Shown one piece after another: positions 21,562 to 31,688 of a DNA stretch of 64,000 nt. The stretch spans positions 4,320,001-4,384,000 of the forward strand of contig OZ242374.1 of NCBI GenBank assembly GCA_965209055.1, read 5' to 3'. Position 1 is the first letter of the stretch. Each line of letters starts with the position of its first letter. The notes beneath the pieces are model-generated. The model saw only the letters and a list, made by a program, of their open reading frames with translations. It made no database searches and was not told the DNA's origin. Origin of the DNA: Acidobacteriota bacterium. GTDB lineage: Bacteria > Acidobacteriota > UBA6911 > RPQK01 > JAJDTT01. Both the position numbers and the translations under genes were made by a program.

Positions 21562-22824
21562 TCACGCCGATCTTACGTGTCGGGGGATGCCTCCCTGCTG
21601 CAATCGAGTCTGGGCGCCGTCAGACATTCTCTTGATGGAGTAAAGCCCGGTGCGAATCTCGTCGTCTCCGATGACGCAGGCGAACTGCGCCCCGAGCCGG
21701 TTGGCCAGGCGCATCTGGGCCCGTAGGCTGCGTCCGCCGAAGTCCACGTAGGCGAAAACCCCTTCTCGACGAAGATCTCGAGCCAGAATGAACGCCTTTT
21801 GCAACGACGCCTCATTCAGATAGGCGAGAAAGATCTCAGGCCGGGGGGAACGATAGCCTGCAGCCAATTCATTTTTCCGCGAAAGGAGGAGCACCAGACG
21901 CTCCAGACCCAGGCCAAAGCCGAACCCCTTCGCCGGTGGACCCTCCAGGAGCTCCGACAGTCCATCGTAGCGGCCCCCTCCCAGCAACGCGTTCTGCGTC
22001 GGGCCCAAACGATCCGTCACCATCTCGAACGTGGTCCGCACATAGTAATCCAGGCCTCGAACCAATCGAGGCGTCACCGCGTAGGGAATCCCGATGAGAT
22101 CCAGGAGGTCCCGAAAGCGCCGGAAGTGTTCCCGGCACTTCCCGCACAGGTGGTCAAGGATCGATGGCAGATTTTCGATGGTGGGAGAACACGACGACCG
22201 CTTGCAGTCCAGGACGCGAAGGGGATTCCGCCGGGACCGCTTCTGACAATCTGCACAAAGATCCGATTTGGTCAGCAACCTATCTTGGAGGACGCGAACG
22301 TAGGCCGGCCGGCAGGACGGACAGCCCACGGAATTCACCAGTAGCCGGACTCCCCGAACTCCAAGGTCGTCCAGCAAAACATGGAGCATCTCCATCACTT
22401 CCGCTTCGATGCCCGGATGATCCGAACCCAGAACCTCGGCCCCGATCTGATGAAACTGGCGATAGCGGCCTTTCTGAGGTCTCTCCCTGCGAAACATGGG
22501 TCCGACATAGTAGAGCTTCGTCAGACTGCTCCCCCGATTCAGATGATTTTCCAGATAGGATCGAACCACGGGCGCGGTCCCCTCGGGCCGGAGGCTGATG
22601 CCGCGGCCCCGTCGCACCGGTATCGTGTACATTTCCTTCTGTACGATGTCCGTCTCCTGTCCGAGACTGCGGCAGAACAGATTGGTTTCCTCCAAAACCG
22701 GGGTCCGGATCTCGCCGTAGCCGTAGCGCCGGAACAGCAGGCGAGTCTTTTCTTCGATCTCCTGCCACAACTCCACGCTACCGGGGAGAATGTCGTGGGT
22801 TCCCCGAACTGAGCGAACGTTCAT
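21562..22824 (-). CDS. hisS: Histidine--tRNA ligase
   Basis: LRPEGTA, RERPQKGRYRQFHQ, LVRGLDYY, GGGRYDGL. Confidence 0.97.
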   Translation of the reverse strand: MNVRSVRGTHDILPGSVELWQEIEEKTRLLFRRYGYGEIRTPVLEETNLFCRSLGQETDIVQKEMYTIPVRRGRGISLRPEGTAPVVRSYLENHLNRGSSLTKLYYVGPMFRRERPQKGRYRQFHQIGAEVLGSDHPGIEAEVMEMLHVLLDDLGVRGVRLLVNSVGCPSCRPAYVRVLQDRLLTKSDLCADCQKRSRRNPLRVLDCKRSSCSPTIENLPSILDHLCGKCREHFRRFRDLLDLIGIPYAVTPRLVRGLDYYVRTTFEMVTDRLGPTQNALLGGGRYDGLSELLEGPPAKGFGFGLGLERLVLLLSRKNELAAGYRSPRPEIFLAYLNEASLQKAFILARDLRREGVFAYVDFGGRSLRAQMRLANRLGAQFACVIGDDEIRTGLYSIKRMSDGAQTRLQQGGIPRHVRSA

Positions 22825-23053
22825 GATGGGGCCCGATTATACCCTACCCCCTGGATTCGAAAGCCGGACAAGGCTCACGTCAGGGAAGGGTCCCCTCCGG
22901 GAGACGGAGAGGGGGGCTGTTCCACCCGGGCTGCGGTCCCGCATTCGGATTAGCGTGAATTATGGGCGTCTCGTGGATCCTGTACCGGAAATCAGGACCG
23001 GCCCCGCACCGGCGGCGGCTCTTGGCGAAGACCGCTGAAGAGTCCGGGTCAAC

Positions 23054-23977
23054 TCATACCCGGCTCGCGTACTCTCCGATTTTCCGGAACTTCCCATGAC
23101 GAGAATCGATTCGATCTTGGGGATCCAGAGCGGAAACCTCTTCCAGGTGGCGGGAAAGCGCCCGGGACAGTTCGCTCGTCGTCTGGTCCCAATCGTTGTG
23201 GGCGCCTCCCGGAGGCTCCGCCACGATTTCATCGACGATTCCGAACCGCTTCAGATCCGGAGCGGTGAGCTTCAAGCTCTGGGCGGCCTCGCGAACATGA
23301 TTCTGGTCCTTCCACAAGATGGCGGAGCAGCTTTCCGGAGAAATGACGGAGTAGATGGAATTCTCCAGCATGAGGATCCGATCGGCCAGACCCACCGCCA
23401 AGGCGCCTCCGCTGCCACCTTCTCCCAGAACGGTTGCGATGACGGGGACCCGAAGTCCGGCCATGGAACGCAGGTTGTAGGCGATCGCTTCCGCCTGTCC
23501 CCGCTTCTCGGCTCCCAGCCCCGGATAGGCGCCAGGAGTGTCGATAAAAGTGAGAACGGGACGCCCAAACTTCTCGGCCAGCTTCATCAAACGCAACGCC
23601 TTGCGGTATCCCTCAGGCTTCGGCATCCCGTAATTGCGCTCCAGGCGCTCCTTGGTATTACGCCCCTTCTGGTGGCCCAAGACCATGACGGGAGCGCCCT
23701 TGAAACTGGCCATTCCGCCCACGATTGCCCGGTCGTCAGCAAACTTGCGGTCGCCGTGGATCTCCCGGAACGAATCGAACAGACGGTCGAAGCAATCGAG
23801 GGTGTAGGGTCGATCCTGGTGCCGGGAGATCTGCACTCTGTCCCACGCTTTCCCAGGGGACGCCGGACTGGTCCGGTGCTCATCCGGCTGACGAGTCTGT
23901 TCCCGAGCCTGGAATCGCGAACGCTCTTCCATCTGACCTCTGAGTGAAACGACTTTTCGTGCCTTCTCAATGGTCAT
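23054..23977 (-). CDS. accA: Acetyl-CoA carboxylase carboxyltransferase subunit alpha
   Basis: HGDRKFADD, PEGYRKALR, DTPGAYPG, GEGGSGGALA; start at ATG 23977 avoids overlap with dnaE. Confidence 0.95.
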   Translation of the reverse strand: MTIEKARKVVSLRGQMEERSRFQAREQTRQPDEHRTSPASPGKAWDRVQISRHQDRPYTLDCFDRLFDSFREIHGDRKFADDRAIVGGMASFKGAPVMVLGHQKGRNTKERLERNYGMPKPEGYRKALRLMKLAEKFGRPVLTFIDTPGAYPGLGAEKRGQAEAIAYNLRSMAGLRVPVIATVLGEGGSGGALAVGLADRILMLENSIYSVISPESCSAILWKDQNHVREAAQSLKLTAPDLKRFGIVDEIVAEPPGGAHNDWDQTTSELSRALSRHLEEVSALDPQDRIDSRHGKFRKIGEYASRV

Positions 23978-24077
23978 AAGCTCACTTCGAAGGTCACGTG
24001 GGTAGTTGTATGTGAGCCGATCGGGCGGCACGAGTCGTGCGGCTGCGAGAATTCGACTCCTGTTTTCGGATCGGACG

Positions 24078-27000
24078 TCAGGCCCGAGTATACAAGGTGA
24101 CGGAGCTTTTCCCAAAAAGATCTTCCACCGCGGTGACGAAGGAAGGAATCGGGTTCACAGCAAGCTCCTCCTCGGGGATCAGTCGAATCCGGTACGCCTC
24201 CTGCTCGACCAGCTCGAACCTCAGGGGGCACTTTCCAGGGTGGCGGATCACCAGGTCGTGGAGGCCACTGACCTTGTCGTTGTCGAGGGAGGGCAATGGG
24301 ATGGTGATCCGTGCGGACTGGACGGCTCCGTTCCAGAGACTGTCCAAGGGGACCAGGTCGGAACAAAGAATGCGCACCTTGCCGCGGGCGTCCGCTTCGC
24401 AGCGGCCGCGCAACAATACCGGGGGAGCCGACTCCAAAAGGGATTGGAACTTCCGATAGCCCTTGGGCCAGACCAGAACTTCAACGCTTCCTGCGAGGTC
24501 CTCCAGAACGAAGGTCGCCATGGCGTCTCCCTTTCGAGTCGTCAGACGCTTGACCTCGCTGATCAAGCCTCCGATCGAGAGTTCCCGGCCTGCCGTCTCC
24601 TCGGAAACCTCATTCGTCCGGATGTCCGAGAAGCGAGCCAACTCGGCCTGGTATCCCTTGAGTGGGTGACCGGTCACATAGTGCCCCAGAGCCTCTTTCT
24701 CATGCCGCCACTTCAGGTCGTCCGGCCACTCTTGCCCGGATTCATTTCCGGGCGCCGGCGCCGCCTCCGTTCCCGTCGGCGACTGGAAGAGATTCAACTG
24801 TCCGCTGAGCCGGTCCTTCTGCGCCTTTTGCCCCCTCTCGATGGCGCGGTCCAAGTTCTCCAGCAAGCCCCGTCGAGTCGGGCTCAGGCAATCGAATGCT
24901 CCGGACTTGATCAACGCCTCCAGGACCCGTTTGTTGAGGGTCCTCAGGTCTACATATTCCAGGAAGTGGGAAAAACTGGTGAAGGACTCCACGTCATCTC
25001 GACACGAGAGAATCGACCGGATGGCTGCCTCGCCCACGTTGCGGATGGCGGCGAGACCGAACTCGATGCTGTCCCCGCGGGCTGAGAAATGGAGAGTTCC
25101 ACTGTTGATGTTGGGTGGCAGAATCCGTATGCCCACGTCGCGGCACTCGTTCAGGTACTGGACCATTTTGTCGGTGTTGGAGATTTCGCTGGTAAGCAGG
25201 GCCGCCATGAACTGCACCGGATAGTGGCTCTTGAGCCAGGCGGTCTGATAGGCCAGGATCGCATATGCGGTCGAGTGGCTCTTGTTGAAACCGTACCCGG
25301 CAAACTGCTCGATCAGGTCATAGATCTTTTGGGCCTTCTTCGGGTCGACGCCCCGTTCCCGGCAACCCGCCAGGAATTTCTTCTTCTGGCCCCGCATGAC
25401 CTTCTTCTTCTTTTTTCCCATGGCCCGGCGGAGCAGGTCGGCTTCACCCAAAGAGAAACCAGCCAGTACACTGGCAATCTGCATGACCTGTTCCTGATAG
25501 ACGATGACCCCGTAGGTCTCCCGCAGGATCTCCTCCAGTTCGGGCACTTCATACCGAATTCGGACCTTGCCGTGCCGGCGGTCCACGAAATCGTCGATCA
25601 TTCCCCCCTGGATGGGTCCGGGGCGATAGAGGGCGTTCATGGCGATGAGGTCCTCGAAACGGCTGGGCTGGAGCCGTTTCAGGATTTCCCTCATCCCCCG
25701 CGACTCAAACTGGAAGATGCCGGTGGTTCGGCCTTCGCTGAAGAGCCGGAAAGTTTCTTCATCCTGGAGATCGATCTGATCCAGATCGATCTCCGGGTTC
25801 GACTGCTCTCGAATCTGCTCCAAGGTCTGTTCGATGAGCGTCAGTGTGGTCAGCGCCAGGAAATCCATCTTGAGCAGCCCCAGCCGCTCAAGGTCGTTCA
25901 TGGTGTATTGGGTCGTGATTTCATCCTTGCTGGACTTGTACAGGGGGATGAGATCGATCAGCGGTCTCGGGGCAATGACGATGCCTGCGGCGTGAGTGGA
26001 GGCATGCCGGGCCAGTCCCTCCAGGCGCTGTGCCACGGTCATGAGTTGCTGGTAACGCTCATCGCCGGCAGTGAGGTCCCGGAGCTCCTTGACCGTCTTC
26101 AGAGCCTTTTTCAAGGTGACATCAGGACCCGAGGGGACCAGGCGGGCGATGCGGTCAACCTCTCCGTAGGGAATGTTCAGGCCGCGTCCAACGTCCCGAA
26201 TCGCTCCCCGGGCAGCCATGGTTCCGAAGGTGATGATCTGACTGACGTTGTCACGGCCATACTTCCCGGTCACATAGTCGATGACTTGGTTCCGGCGATG
26301 CATGCAGAAGTCGATATCGATGTCGGGTGGAGTGACACGTTCCGGATTCAGGAAACGTTCAAAGAGCAGACCATACTGGAGCGGGTCCACATCGGTAATC
26401 TGCATGGCATAGGAGACCAGGCTGCCTGCAGCGGACCCCCGTCCGGGACCCACGGCGATCCCTTGTTCCCGCGCGTATCTCATGAAATCCCAGACGATCA
26501 GGAAATATCCGGAAAAATTCATTTTCTGAATCATGGCGATTTCCTGATCCAGACGCTGGGAATACTCCTGGACCGGATGGGCCGGCCCGTCCGAGCCAGG
26601 CTGCTTTTTCAAGGTCTCCAACCGCCGGGAGAAACCCTTCCGGACCACGGACTCGAAGTAGGAATCCAACGTATTTCCCGCCGGCACTTCGAACTCCGGA
26701 AACACCGATTCACCATCTTGCAAACGGAATTCACACTGCTCGGCGACAGCAAGGGTATTGGAAAGCGCGCCGGGGACGTGGCCGAAGAGTTGGGCCATCT
26801 CCTCCGGCGTCTTCAAGAAAAACTGATCGGTCCTGTACCTCAGCCGGTTGGCGTCATCAACTGTCTTGCCGGTCTGGATGCAGAGCAGAACGTCGTGGGG
26901 AACGGAATCCTCCTGGGCGAGGTAGTGGCAGTCGTTGGTCGCCACCAGCGGGAGATCCAACTCCTTGGCCAAACTCAGAATTCCCGAATTCACAGCCTTC

Positions 27001-27551
27001 TGCGCTTCGATTCCGTGGTCCTGCAGTTCCAGGTAGAAGTGGTCTTTTCCGAAGATTTCCGACAGCTCGGCAGCCTCTCTACGGGCTTCCTGGTAGCGGT
27101 CCTGGTGCAGATTCCAGGCCACGCTCCCCTTGAGACAGGCCGACAGCCCAATCAATCCTTCGCTGTGCTGCTCCAGCAGTTCACGGTCGATGCGCGGCCG
27201 ATAGTAGAATCCCTCCAGATAACCCAGTGAGACGAGTTTGACCAGGTTCCGATAGCCCTTTTGATTTCGTGCCAGGAGAACCAGGTGGTTGCTCCCATCC
27301 GACCGGCCCGATTTGACCGTTCGTCCTTCGCGGGCCACATACACCTCGCAGCCGATAATGGGTTTGACCCCGGCATCGACTCCCGCGTCGTGGAATTGGA
27401 TGGCTCCGAACAGGTTGCCGTGATCCGTCAAGGCGATGGCCGGCATCTTCAATTCGGACGCTCTCCGGAAGAGGGCGTCGATCTTGTTGGCGCCGTCAAG
27501 CAGGCTGAAGTGGCTGTGAACGTGAAGATGGACAAATTCGGCTTGGCCCAT
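24078..27551 (-). CDS. dnaE: DNA polymerase III subunit alpha
   Basis: PHP HLHVHSHFSLLDG, GRGSAAGSLV, PDIDIDF, YGFNKSHS, C-terminal OB fold. Confidence 0.97.
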   Translation of the reverse strand: MGQAEFVHLHVHSHFSLLDGANKIDALFRRASELKMPAIALTDHGNLFGAIQFHDAGVDAGVKPIIGCEVYVAREGRTVKSGRSDGSNHLVLLARNQKGYRNLVKLVSLGYLEGFYYRPRIDRELLEQHSEGLIGLSACLKGSVAWNLHQDRYQEARREAAELSEIFGKDHFYLELQDHGIEAQKAVNSGILSLAKELDLPLVATNDCHYLAQEDSVPHDVLLCIQTGKTVDDANRLRYRTDQFFLKTPEEMAQLFGHVPGALSNTLAVAEQCEFRLQDGESVFPEFEVPAGNTLDSYFESVVRKGFSRRLETLKKQPGSDGPAHPVQEYSQRLDQEIAMIQKMNFSGYFLIVWDFMRYAREQGIAVGPGRGSAAGSLVSYAMQITDVDPLQYGLLFERFLNPERVTPPDIDIDFCMHRRNQVIDYVTGKYGRDNVSQIITFGTMAARGAIRDVGRGLNIPYGEVDRIARLVPSGPDVTLKKALKTVKELRDLTAGDERYQQLMTVAQRLEGLARHASTHAAGIVIAPRPLIDLIPLYKSSKDEITTQYTMNDLERLGLLKMDFLALTTLTLIEQTLEQIREQSNPEIDLDQIDLQDEETFRLFSEGRTTGIFQFESRGMREILKRLQPSRFEDLIAMNALYRPGPIQGGMIDDFVDRRHGKVRIRYEVPELEEILRETYGVIVYQEQVMQIASVLAGFSLGEADLLRRAMGKKKKKVMRGQKKKFLAGCRERGVDPKKAQKIYDLIEQFAGYGFNKSHSTAYAILAYQTAWLKSHYPVQFMAALLTSEISNTDKMVQYLNECRDVGIRILPPNINSGTLHFSARGDSIEFGLAAIRNVGEAAIRSILSCRDDVESFTSFSHFLEYVDLRTLNKRVLEALIKSGAFDCLSPTRRGLLENLDRAIERGQKAQKDRLSGQLNLFQSPTGTEAAPAPGNESGQEWPDDLKWRHEKEALGHYVTGHPLKGYQAELARFSDIRTNEVSEETAGRELSIGGLISEVKRLTTRKGDAMATFVLEDLAGSVEVLVWPKGYRKFQSLLESAPPVLLRGRCEADARGKVRILCSDLVPLDSLWNGAVQSARITIPLPSLDNDKVSGLHDLVIRHPGKCPLRFELVEQEAYRIRLIPEEELAVNPIPSFVTAVEDLFGKSSVTLYTRA

Positions 27552-27630
27552 TTCGTTTAATTCCTGTGCGCTGGCGAGACCGTTGGACGGAAGGGCAGAT
27601 GTCCCGTCGGGTTTGCAAAGGGGGGTCTGA

Positions 27631-29163
27631 TCATTCCCATTCGATGGTGCCCGGCGGTTTCGAGGTCACGTCGTAGACCACCCGGTTGACACCCCTGACT
27701 TCGTTGACGATGCGGACGGAGATCCGGGCGAGAACCTCCCGGGGCAGGGAGACCCAATCCGCGGTCATTCCGTCGACGCTGTCGACGGCTCGAATCGCAA
27801 CCACGTGCTCGTAGGTTCTCCCGTCTCCCATGACGCCGACGCTCTTGACCGGCAACAGGACGGCGAAAGACTGCCAGATCTTCTCGTAGAGACGCGCCCG
27901 GCGAATCTCCTCATCCACGATTCGATCCGCTTGGCGCAGCAGCGCCAACCTCTCGTCGGTCACCGGGCCCAGGATGCGGACGGACAGGCCGGGACCCGGA
28001 AAGGGTTGTCTCCACAGGATCTCCCGGGGCAGGCCCAACTCCCGGCCGACCTGGCGAACCTCGTCCTTGAACAGATCCCGCAGCGGCTCCACCAACTCCA
28101 GATCCATCTCCTCCGGCAGTCCCCCGACGTTGTGATGACTCTTGATCACGGCCGACGGACCCTTGACGGAGACCGATTCGATGACGTCGGGATAGAGCGT
28201 CCCCTGGACCAGGAAGCGCACATCCCCGAGCTTGCGGCATTCCTCTTCAAAGACTCGAATGAAGGTTTCCCCGATGATCTTCCGTTTCCTCTCCGGCTCC
28301 TCCACACCCGCCAGAAGATCCAGGAACCGGGACCTCGCTTCCACCCCCACCACGTTCAATTGCAATTCGTCCCGCACCGTAGCGAGCACCTGCCGGAACT
28401 CTCCTGCCCGCAACAAGCCATTGTCCACAAAGACACAAGTGAGACGTCGACGGATGCTCTTGTGGACCAGGATGGCCGCTACGGTCGAGTCGACCCCACC
28501 GGACAACCCGCAAACGGCTCGTCCCGATCCCACCCGGTCCCGGATCTGTTCGACGGTGCTCTCGATGAACGAGGTCGCGGTCCAATCACGCTTGCAGCCG
28601 CAGAGATCCACAAAGTTGGAGAATACTTCCCGCCCCAGCGGCGTGTGAGCCACCTCGGGGTGAAACTGGACGCCAAAGATCCTCTGCTCCCGGCTTTCCA
28701 TGACGGCGAGAGCGCTGTGCGTGGACGCCACCCGCCGAAACCCGGAAGGCACCGCCTCGATCCGGTCGCCGTGACTCATCCAGACCTGCATCGTCCGGGG
28801 AAGGCCATCCAGCAGAGGCGAGGAACGGGACCGTTCCAGTTGGGCCTTTCCGTATTCACGGCGGGAGGGGTGAACCTGACCGCCGAACCGGTGGGCCAGG
28901 AGCTGCATTCCGTAGCAGATTCCGAGCAGCGGGACGCCACAGGAGTAGATTTGAGGATCAGGATGCGGAGCACCCGCCTCGAATACGGACCGGGGCCCTC
29001 CGGAGAGGATGATTCCGGTGGGCCGGCGGCTCTCGATTTCCTGAAACGGCGTGTGGTACGGAACCACCTCCGAGAAGACTTGGGCCTCACGAATCCGGCG
29101 GGCGATCAACTGCGTATATTGCGACCCGAAGTCGAGAATGACGATGACTTCCCGGCTGCTCAA
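27631..29163 (-). CDS. guaA: GMP synthase (glutamine-hydrolysing)
   Basis: [52 protein letters not shown]; TTG start with GAGG RBS. Confidence 0.96.
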   Translation of the reverse strand: MSSREVIVILDFGSQYTQLIARRIREAQVFSEVVPYHTPFQEIESRRPTGIILSGGPRSVFEAGAPHPDPQIYSCGVPLLGICYGMQLLAHRFGGQVHPSRREYGKAQLERSRSSPLLDGLPRTMQVWMSHGDRIEAVPSGFRRVASTHSALAVMESREQRIFGVQFHPEVAHTPLGREVFSNFVDLCGCKRDWTATSFIESTVEQIRDRVGSGRAVCGLSGGVDSTVAAILVHKSIRRRLTCVFVDNGLLRAGEFRQVLATVRDELQLNVVGVEARSRFLDLLAGVEEPERKRKIIGETFIRVFEEECRKLGDVRFLVQGTLYPDVIESVSVKGPSAVIKSHHNVGGLPEEMDLELVEPLRDLFKDEVRQVGRELGLPREILWRQPFPGPGLSVRILGPVTDERLALLRQADRIVDEEIRRARLYEKIWQSFAVLLPVKSVGVMGDGRTYEHVVAIRAVDSVDGMTADWVSLPREVLARISVRIVNEVRGVNRVVYDVTSKPPGTIEWE

Positions 29164-29330
29164 CGGTACCTCTTGGCTCGGAGCGGGAATCGGCCCTCGC
29201 GGGTGCGGGATCGGCCCTTTGCCCAGTGACGGGAGCGGAGTATAGCACGCGGTTCTGACCCCGAAGACCCCGATCCGTCCCTGCCTGATTCTCCTTGACT
29301 CGAGTCCGGACAGGCGGGACCATCTCCGAA

Positions 29331-30152
29331 ATGATCGGCGAGCAGACACTTCAGGGGATCCTTCTGGGCATCTTGCAGGGGCTGACGGAGTTCCTGCCGG
29401 TGAGCAGCTCGGGTCACCTGATACTGGTTCCCTGGCTTCTGGGCTGGCAGCCCCTGGGACTGATCTTCGACATCATGGTCCATGTCGGTACACTCCTGGC
29501 GGTACTGGTCTATTTCCGGCACGAGTGGAAACAGTTTTCCGTACTGGCGTTCAAACGGTTGACGGGCCGGGCCCGGAGCCGGAACTCCTTCCTGATGGAC
29601 GCCATCCTCCTGGGAACCATTCCCGCGGTCGTGGCGGGTGGACTGTTGAAAGGCGTCATCGAGGAGCATCTCCGGACGCCCGCGGTGACCGCATTCTGCC
29701 TGGCCTTGTTCGGCCTTGTCCTCTGGTGGGCGGACCGCCTCGGCGCCAAGAGCCGGTCCCTCCGGAGCCTGACCCGGAAAGACGGCATTCTGATCGGATT
29801 GGCCCAGGCTGTGGCTCTCATTCCGGGGGTGAGCCGGGCGGGCGTCACACTGACCGCGGGTCTCGCTCTGGGCCTGAATCGATCGGACGCCGCCCGGTTC
29901 GCCTTCCTCCTTTCCGCCCCCGTCATGGCGCTGGCAGGGGCGGCTGCCGCCTACGAACTGCTCTCCGCCCGAAGCGCGGCCGCGGCTGCCGGTCTGGCTG
30001 ACTCCACGTTACTCCTTGGTGTATCATCGTCCTTCGTTAGCGGCATCCTATGTATCCGGTTTTTTCTTCGCTTTCTCGAGCGGCGTACGCTGCTGCCGTT
30101 TGTCGCCTATCGCTTCTTGCTGGCCTTTGTTATTTTCTGCACGTCCCTGTGA
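29331..30152 (+). CDS. uppP: Undecaprenyl-diphosphatase
   Basis: [14 protein letters not shown] and IPGVSRAG motifs of BacA/UppP. Confidence 0.95.
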   Translation: MIGEQTLQGILLGILQGLTEFLPVSSSGHLILVPWLLGWQPLGLIFDIMVHVGTLLAVLVYFRHEWKQFSVLAFKRLTGRARSRNSFLMDAILLGTIPAVVAGGLLKGVIEEHLRTPAVTAFCLALFGLVLWWADRLGAKSRSLRSLTRKDGILIGLAQAVALIPGVSRAGVTLTAGLALGLNRSDAARFAFLLSAPVMALAGAAAAYELLSARSAAAAAGLADSTLLLGVSSSFVSGILCIRFFLRFLERRTLLPFVAYRFLLAFVIFCTSL

Positions 30153-30760
30153 CGGCCACGGCGGAAGACATCCTTAAGGACTCCAAGTCCATTCCCGCCT
30201 ACCAGAACCAGATACTGAGATCCCATTTCCGATCCCAGTACTACAAGAGCGTGACCTCCGTCGGACCCAGAACCAACGATCCTTTCGTCACACAATACGT
30301 GGACCGCCAGATCGGCTACTACCTGACGCGTATCCGCTCCGCGCTGGTCATGCTCAAGGTGCACTGCGAGGAGGTCCAGGAGATTCGGGCGAACGCCATG
30401 ATCGACAACAGCCTTCAGATGACGCCCGAATTCCGGAAAAAATGGAGGAAAGCGCTGGGGGATCTCTCCCGCGATGCAAGAGGTCTCAAGAACCTCATCG
30501 GGAGCATCCTGCTCGGACTGGCCCGGAAAGACTCGAAACGGCCCCGGGTCCGCTCTTGGGGCGGACGGGACGGCTATCGCCCGGAGGTGCTGTACCTGAA
30601 CAGGGAGCTGATGCTGGCGGAACGGCGCATCGAAGATTTCTTCTACAAACCGACGAACACCGTGAGCTTCGAAGACCTTCGGGACAGAAAGACCATGCTG
30701 GTGCATCTCTACCACGTCCAGGAGATGGCCAAGAGACTCCGGGACGCGGTGGGCCGTTAG
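30149..30760 (+). CDS. Hypothetical helical protein (start uncertain: GTG 30149 coupled to uppP stop, or ATG 30050)
   Basis: Fills gap between uppP and next gene; GTGA overlap. Confidence 0.5.
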   Translation: MTATAEDILKDSKSIPAYQNQILRSHFRSQYYKSVTSVGPRTNDPFVTQYVDRQIGYYLTRIRSALVMLKVHCEEVQEIRANAMIDNSLQMTPEFRKKWRKALGDLSRDARGLKNLIGSILLGLARKDSKRPRVRSWGGRDGYRPEVLYLNRELMLAERRIEDFFYKPTNTVSFEDLRDRKTMLVHLYHVQEMAKRLRDAVGR

Positions 30761-30844
30761 CAATTGCGGTGAAACGGGAGGCATGACCCGCACCGTGCCG
30801 AATCCAGTGTGCACGGGAGCCGGAGAAACCGGAAGGAGCGACTG

Positions 30845-31531
30845 ATGCGTAGTCTCACTCAGTGGTTTGTGATCGGCATCTTCAACCTGACCTGGCTGGC
30901 TGGCGGAGTGGAGGTGATTCCGATCCACCATGGATCCCTCATCCTGAAATGGCAGGATAAAGTGGTCTACATCGACCCCTGGAGCCGGGGAGATTACACC
31001 GGACAACCCCCGGCGGACCTCATTCTGATCACCGATATCCACGGCGACCATTTGGATCCCGAGCAGGTCTCCCGAATCCGGAAGGACGAGACCGTCATCG
31101 TCGCCCCGGCGGCGGTGCAGAAGTCGGTACCGGAGGCCATGGTGGTGAGCAATGGCGAAACCATCCGTCCCCTCGGGATCCAGGTGGAGGGGGTCGCCAT
31201 GTACAACCTGAAACGGGGTCCGGAGGCGGGAAAGCTCTACCACACCCGGGGCAGGGGAAACGGATACATCCTCACGTTCGGGAAAGAGCGAGTCTACGTC
31301 TCCGGAGATACCGAGTGCATTCCCGAGATGAAGGCGTTGAAGGACATCGATCTGGCGTTCGTCTGCATGAACCTTCCTTACACCATGACTCCCGAAGAAG
31401 CCGCCGAATGCGTCAACAGCTTCCGGCCCAAGGCCGTCTACCCCTATCACCACAGGGGATCGGACGTGAAGGTGTTCGAGCGTATGGTGACGGCCGAAGA
31501 CGTCGAGGTCAGGATTCTCGACTGGTACTGA
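30845..31531 (+). CDS. MBL-fold metallo-hydrolase, probably exported
   Basis: YIDPW, TDIHGDHLD, YVSGDT, YPYHH; AAGGAG RBS; hydrophobic N-terminus. Confidence 0.85.
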   Translation: MRSLTQWFVIGIFNLTWLAGGVEVIPIHHGSLILKWQDKVVYIDPWSRGDYTGQPPADLILITDIHGDHLDPEQVSRIRKDETVIVAPAAVQKSVPEAMVVSNGETIRPLGIQVEGVAMYNLKRGPEAGKLYHTRGRGNGYILTFGKERVYVSGDTECIPEMKALKDIDLAFVCMNLPYTMTPEEAAECVNSFRPKAVYPYHHRGSDVKVFERMVTAEDVEVRILDWY

Positions 31532-31688
31532 ACGCTGCGGTCGGCGTCGTAACCGCGATCCGGTCCCGGGGGTGGATCGGCCACGACGTTTCGGGTTCCG
31601 AATCACGCGTGGCAGGCAGGCTACCTCCGATAATTTCAGTGAACGGACGTTCCCCAGAGCATCGCCGGCGCCCGCTATTCTCAGCAGG

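Noticed and set aside
25089-27230. 713-aa + strand ORF inside dnaE, and similar long antisense ORFs over aspS, guaA, pyc, glnA and the protease
   Set aside because: Shadow ORFs explained by codon bias; the opposite strand encodes well-conserved proteins
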